Of a stretch of DNA of 54,960 bases, positions 50,649-54,960 are shown in pieces (position 1 is the stretch's first letter; each line of letters opens with the position of its first letter). The notes under the pieces are model-generated. The model ran no database searches, was not told where the DNA came from, and saw only the letters and a list, made by a program, of their open reading frames with translations. The position numbers were made by a program, and so were the translations under genes. Source of the stretch: a virus (lineage: Duplodnaviria; Caudoviricetes); the IMG/VR virus record IMGVR_UViG_3300046028_005371, positions 1 through 54,960 of that record. One strand, given 5' to 3'.

Positions 50649-52189
50649 ACAGTATTTACTTTGACAATTTCAGCATCATGTTTTAACATAGTTAACAAAT
50701 TTGGAAAATATTCAGTAGTCGGATCTTTGATTGTACCTGTCTCTGAATTGTACCTACGAAAATTATTTACAGTAGATAATTTTATTTTATTTTGTATGCC
50801 AGCATTTAATAGTCTTGCGATTGCATTTGATTGAATAAAACTTGTTATGTCAGAATCATCATTTTTAGTCCAATGACCAATATGCATATTTTCTTTTGTA
50901 ATTACATATCCGTATTTTTCATATGATCTTTCTAGTTCACTTGTAGGTTTATTTGGGTAAAGTTCTGGCGGAGTTATAATTAACGGAAAATAAAATATAT
51001 CATGCACTGGGCAGTCTGGTTGCATAAACCAAGTATGACTCTTACACATATCTGCATAGGATTCATGCGGGAGTCCAATAATATATCCTCCCTGAACACG
51101 TACTCGATCTCCCCATATTTTTTGTACATAATATAAAGTCTGTTTACGTTTTTCTGAATCCATACCTTTACCAATTACCTTGGCACTTTTAGGATGGAAG
51201 GTTTCGATACCAACGAATACCATGTTTACACCAATGTCTAATAATAACTGAGCTTGTTCTGGATGTGTTGCTATTAGATCAATACGTATATAACATCTAA
51301 ATCTTGGTTTGAACGGTAATAACTTTACAACTTCAGCCACACATTTTAATTTTTCAGTTGAATCATTAAAGGTGTCATCGGCTACAAAATAATCAGTAAT
51401 TCCCCATTTTGTATAGTTATCTAATAGTTCTGTATAAAGCGACTTTGAATCTTTAACGTATTTTGCTATATCTTTTTTTCCTATTAACGGCCAGGCGCAA
51501 AATAAACAGGAAAATCGACACCCCCGCGCAATTTCTATAGTCATTAGTTCATCACTACGAATTTGATCATATTTGGTATAACTAGTAAAACTTTCTAACC
51601 ATCCCCAGTTTTTACTCTCGGCAGAGCTATCGTAGTTAATTAAAGTATTCCAAATACGATTTGGTTGTTGTAAAAAATCTAATATTTGTACCTCGCTGTA
51701 TCCTGCCATAAAATGATCCGCTGGAAAATCTGTATACCAATCTATTTTAACACCTCCTAAAAGTATTTTAGTTTTTGAATTGTATTTTTTTACAAGATCG
51801 ACCCAGGGCTTTGCTTTACCTAAGAATGCAGATTCGGTGAGTGTGTTCTGACCATTGTTCCCAAACATTGATCTATCACGATTTACTTCTTTAGAGTCAT
51901 GCGATCCATTCGAGGGAATAGGAAGTTGATTGTCTGTTTTATTTCTATAAGGCCACCAGCTAGAGCTAAAACCTACAAATCTTGTATCGGTGCCTATTGA
52001 GACTTTAAGAATTTCTTCCCAAATATGGATATCAAGTGCTGAAGAAAAATCAATTACTAATACCGAATAACCGTTTTCTCTAAGATGTGTAGCTATTCTG
52101 TGTGCTCCGTATCCCCTAACCCACTTTGGATAGTCTGCGGTATCGGTAACAATTATTGCATTAAAATTATTAGTAGGTACATTTATCAT
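50645..52189 (-). CDS. B12-binding radical SAM enzyme (class B-like)
   Basis: N-terminal cobalamin-binding-like domain (GFSS, LGG); ARGCRFSCLFC, DDTF, GIET and IIGLPHES motifs. Confidence 0.88.
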   Translation of the reverse strand: MINVPTNNFNAIIVTDTADYPKWVRGYGAHRIATHLRENGYSVLVIDFSSALDIHIWEEILKVSIGTDTRFVGFSSSWWPYRNKTDNQLPIPSNGSHDSKEVNRDRSMFGNNGQNTLTESAFLGKAKPWVDLVKKYNSKTKILLGGVKIDWYTDFPADHFMAGYSEVQILDFLQQPNRIWNTLINYDSSAESKNWGWLESFTSYTKYDQIRSDELMTIEIARGCRFSCLFCAWPLIGKKDIAKYVKDSKSLYTELLDNYTKWGITDYFVADDTFNDSTEKLKCVAEVVKLLPFKPRFRCYIRIDLIATHPEQAQLLLDIGVNMVFVGIETFHPKSAKVIGKGMDSEKRKQTLYYVQKIWGDRVRVQGGYIIGLPHESYADMCKSHTWFMQPDCPVHDIFYFPLIITPPELYPNKPTSELERSYEKYGYVITKENMHIGHWTKNDDSDITSFIQSNAIARLLNAGIQNKIKLSTVNNFRRYNSETGTIKDPTTEYFPNLLTMLKHDAEIVKVNTV

Positions 52190-52190
52190 A

Positions 52191-53024
52191 TTAAAATATT
52201 TTCCAACCTATTATTCTTGTACCCGGCATTAGTAATTCTTGATACTCTGTGTTATTTTCAACTTCAACATCATTTATTTTTATCAATGTTCCTATTGGAA
52301 TATATCCTATGGCCAATCTAGGGTCAGTTATTTTGTATGGCCAGGCCAGTTTACTAGCATAATAAAAATTAGTAAATTTCCTCCAGTCTATTGTAAATTT
52401 AGAAAATCGCAAGGTATGATATGGTGATATTTTATACTGTGGTAAAATTTGATCGGCAGGACAATTGACATCATTATTTACGTACAATTCAAGTGGATGT
52501 CTTCCTATATGACAATAATGTAGCAATAAATCTCCAATATTTCTGTTTGGGGTAAAATATTTAAAATCTTCAATAGATATTAACTCATCCAATTCATTAT
52601 GAGAGTCGGGACATATTAAAATATAATTAAAATTTTTTGCAACATTTAATGTTTCTAATTCATGTATCAAATCATTGTATGCTGACAGTTGTTCTAACCT
52701 ACTAGTGTCTGTTTCTGATTTTTCAAGTTCCGGAAAATGAATATGTAAGCGGTTTAAATTGTTTGCTATTGTATCAGTATTATTAAATGTAATTATTTTT
52801 GTTGGCATCCAACTATTCATTCTTTCAATTAACTGTATTAATTCATTAATTTTATCTTCTATATTATTAATAGCACGAATTGGATTTAAACTTTTTCGTA
52901 GTTGCTCTACATTGCAATTGTTTATTAATTTAGCCCAGGTTTGCGCTGGGCCGTGCGAATACAATTTATAAGTTAATTTTTTAACATTTGGGGTACTTAA
53001 TATAATTTCATAAAAAGAATACAT
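52191..53024 (-). CDS. Hypothetical protein
   Basis: LNRLHIHF, NDLIHELE and GYIPIG patterns. Confidence 0.65.
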   Translation of the reverse strand: MYSFYEIILSTPNVKKLTYKLYSHGPAQTWAKLINNCNVEQLRKSLNPIRAINNIEDKINELIQLIERMNSWMPTKIITFNNTDTIANNLNRLHIHFPELEKSETDTSRLEQLSAYNDLIHELETLNVAKNFNYILICPDSHNELDELISIEDFKYFTPNRNIGDLLLHYCHIGRHPLELYVNNDVNCPADQILPQYKISPYHTLRFSKFTIDWRKFTNFYYASKLAWPYKITDPRLAIGYIPIGTLIKINDVEVENNTEYQELLMPGTRIIGWKIF

Positions 53025-53046
53025 CCAGTATTTAATACCTATGCAA

Positions 53047-53748
53047 TTACGTTACTACTTCAATGGTATTAAAAGACCAACCAAATCCTAACTGTTGGAA
53101 GTACCGCCCGTCATCATTTGGATCAATGCCCATTCTAGCATATTCAGCCGGACCTGTAACGGTCTTAACATGCCTAACTGGATATAGATCAATAACAGCT
53201 ACTCGACCTCCAAACTTAGTTGTACCTGATTTACTGTCAAGAACTCCTGCCCAGTAACCTTCAAGTCCGTAGCCCACACCTGCAGGCATCTTGCCAAAGT
53301 GTTCAGAGCATTCAGGCCAAGCACGTTGACTAAAGATAGGACACATAATTTCTACAGTATCAGTGATGTGCATCTTGGCACCAGGAATTAAAAAGGTGCT
53401 AGGGTGTGTTCTAAAACTGTCGGGAGTTAGTGCAGGCTGCGCCATGTCTAAATTATGTTCTTTACAGAAATTAAATGTAGCCTCAACACCTTCTGGAGTA
53501 GTTAGGCAATCGTCATCTAAAATCCAAATGTATTCATACTGACTTAGATCTTGTTTGCCAGCAAAATCTGCAACAATTTTCCACTTCTGACCTGGCGTAG
53601 TTTCTACATAGGCAGCGTGTTCTAAATTAGTTAATGGAGCAGAAGTCCAATTGAGTACTACTAGATCAAAGTTGCAGTTAGAATAGTCTCCCCACTGTTG
53701 AAATAGTGCATTAGGGCCTGCGGGGATAATTAAAAGATTCGTTTTCAT
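53047..53748 (-). CDS. DUF707-like glycosyltransferase
   Basis: YEYIWILDDD, QPALT and VEIMCPIFS motifs. Confidence 0.75.
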   Translation of the reverse strand: MKTNLLIIPAGPNALFQQWGDYSNCNFDLVVLNWTSAPLTNLEHAAYVETTPGQKWKIVADFAGKQDLSQYEYIWILDDDCLTTPEGVEATFNFCKEHNLDMAQPALTPDSFRTHPSTFLIPGAKMHITDTVEIMCPIFSQRAWPECSEHFGKMPAGVGYGLEGYWAGVLDSKSGTTKFGGRVAVIDLYPVRHVKTVTGPAEYARMGIDPNDDGRYFQQLGFGWSFNTIEVVT

Positions 53749-53751
53749 ATT

Positions 53752-54690
53752 TTACCAAACAAAGTTATTTTTATAATAGTCTACAATTTTAGCTAGTTCT
53801 TCATCGAAGTTGGCCTCAGCTTTCCAACCTAGGGCTTGTAGTTTGCTGTCGTCAATACTGTAACGGACATCCTGTCCTTTACGACCCCAACTAAAGTCGA
53901 TGTAGTCTTCGTAGTTTTCAGTGCCGGTAACTTGTTTGATAATCTTCTTGGCAATGTTAATGTTGCTGTCTTCACTGTTACCACTGATGTTAAAGATCTC
54001 TCCAGTTACTCCACTCTCAACAATGTGGATGATAGCATTAGCTGTATCGCTGACATGTAACCAGGTGCGTCTGGGAGTGCCGTTTTCGTGCAATGGAATC
54101 TTACGGCCAATGCTCAAATACTTAACAGCCTTAGGGATTAGCTTTTCAACATACTGCCCGATACCATAGTTGTTAGTAGGTCGAACAATGACCCAGGGGA
54201 TGTTATGTGTACGAGCCCAAGCACTGATCAACATGTCAGCAGCCGCTTTAGTAGCACTATAAGGGTTGCTTGGCTTTAGGATATCTGTTTCAGTATGACT
54301 ACCTTCTACAATATCTCCGTAGACTTCGTCTGTGGAAAAGTGTAGTAATGTAGGAACCTTGAACTTGTTCTTTTGTAAGTTTTGTAGTAGGTTGTGAACA
54401 CCGTAGATGTTGCTGTTTAAAAATACTTCACTGCCTACAATTGAATTATCTACGTGACTTTCTGCGGCAGTATTAATAACATAGTCGCAGTCTAACAAGT
54501 AAGTGATATCACGAATGTCTTGTTTGATATATTTAAATTTTGGATATGCCTGTAGTTCCGGTAAGAACTGTAGATTGGCAGCATAAGTTTCTTTGTCAAC
54601 ACCTATAACATACCAACCTTTGTCTAAACATTTTTTAGTTACGTGGTAACCAATAAAACCTAAACAACCGGTAACGTAAACAACTTTCAT
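53752..54690 (-). CDS. rmlB: dTDP-glucose 4,6-dehydratase
   Basis: TGCLGFIG, AAESHVDNSI, STDEVYG, PYSATKA, NNYG and GQDVRY motifs. Confidence 0.92.
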   Translation of the reverse strand: MKVVYVTGCLGFIGYHVTKKCLDKGWYVIGVDKETYAANLQFLPELQAYPKFKYIKQDIRDITYLLDCDYVINTAAESHVDNSIVGSEVFLNSNIYGVHNLLQNLQKNKFKVPTLLHFSTDEVYGDIVEGSHTETDILKPSNPYSATKAAADMLISAWARTHNIPWVIVRPTNNYGIGQYVEKLIPKAVKYLSIGRKIPLHENGTPRRTWLHVSDTANAIIHIVESGVTGEIFNISGNSEDSNINIAKKIIKQVTGTENYEDYIDFSWGRKGQDVRYSIDDSKLQALGWKAEANFDEELAKIVDYYKNNFVW

Positions 54691-54960
54691 TTATAATTCC
54701 TTAGTCCTTGTTCTAATCCAATTAGGTTAAAATTATAACTAGACAATGCTACACTGTCTCCTGTTAAATTATTGCCTGTTGAATTTTTAATTTTAATCTT
54801 TGTTAGTGGCAGTCCTAAATGATTGCACAATATTTTAGCCATCTCACTTAGTCGATATTTATGGGGGTATACCATGTTGACATCAGAATGTTGACTGCGC
54901 CCTTCTACCATACGGTCAAGCATGGGCAAGATGTCTGGAAGGTAAATGTAATCTAAATAG
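54687..54960 (-). CDS. Partial CDS (5' end outside window), probable NAD-dependent epimerase/reductase C-terminus
   Basis: Frame open to the window edge (LDYIYLPDI...GLEQGL); ATGA overlap with rmlB. Confidence 0.55.
   Translation of the reverse strand, partial: YLDYIYLPDILPMLDRMVEGRSQHSDVNMVYPHKYRLSEMAKILCNHLGLPLTKIKIKNSTGNNLTGDSVALSSYNFNLIGLEQGLRNYK

Noticed and set aside
1-54960. Stop-codon reassignment or selenocysteine recoding
   Set aside because: Genes tile the window in the standard code and no CUA, UUA or UCA anticodon tRNA was found; the Sec-like tRNA at 45317 has anticodon UGA (Ser).
1-54960. Bacterial chromosome or eukaryotic giant-virus origin
   Set aside because: Dense small hypothetical ORFs, sigma70 plus T4-like late motifs, Shine-Dalgarno sites and a CCA-encoded tRNA array fit a large bacteriophage.

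Overview
A 55-kb segment of a large T4-like/jumbo dsDNA bacteriophage, read in the standard genetic code, with most genes on the minus strand. A Bug/TctC solute-binding protein suggests a betaproteobacterial host and a UV endonuclease suggests sunlit water (both inference). Region 1-23.4 kb holds a virion Ig-repeat protein and host-takeover or auxiliary genes: uvsE, queD, clpP, YccA, a DfrB-like DHFR, an S11 peptidase, folE, galE and ugd. Regions 23.5-34.5 kb and 47.1-55 kb are two AT-rich islands of modification enzymes: ACP, fatty-acid desaturase, GNATs, PP-loop ATPases, 2OG-Fe(II) oxygenases, radical SAMs, PLP enzymes and sugar-nucleotide enzymes. Region 35-38 kb is an RNA end-healing/ligation cluster. 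Region 35-46.7 kb carries about 42 tRNA or tRNA-like genes covering all 20 amino acids, with a phage rpoZ, an HNH endonuclease and many unannotated structured RNAs between them. The best candidate for an undescribed system is a tRNA-depletion response module. A 48-codon leader peptide using all 20 amino acids (37 distinct codons) overlaps a terminator/antiterminator switch at the head of the tRNA array. The array also contains repeated small RNAs that display free anticodon stem-loops (possible nuclease decoys) and several non-canonical tRNA architectures, and it sits next to the RNA repair genes. All calls and RNA folds were made by eye; no searches or folding programs were run.
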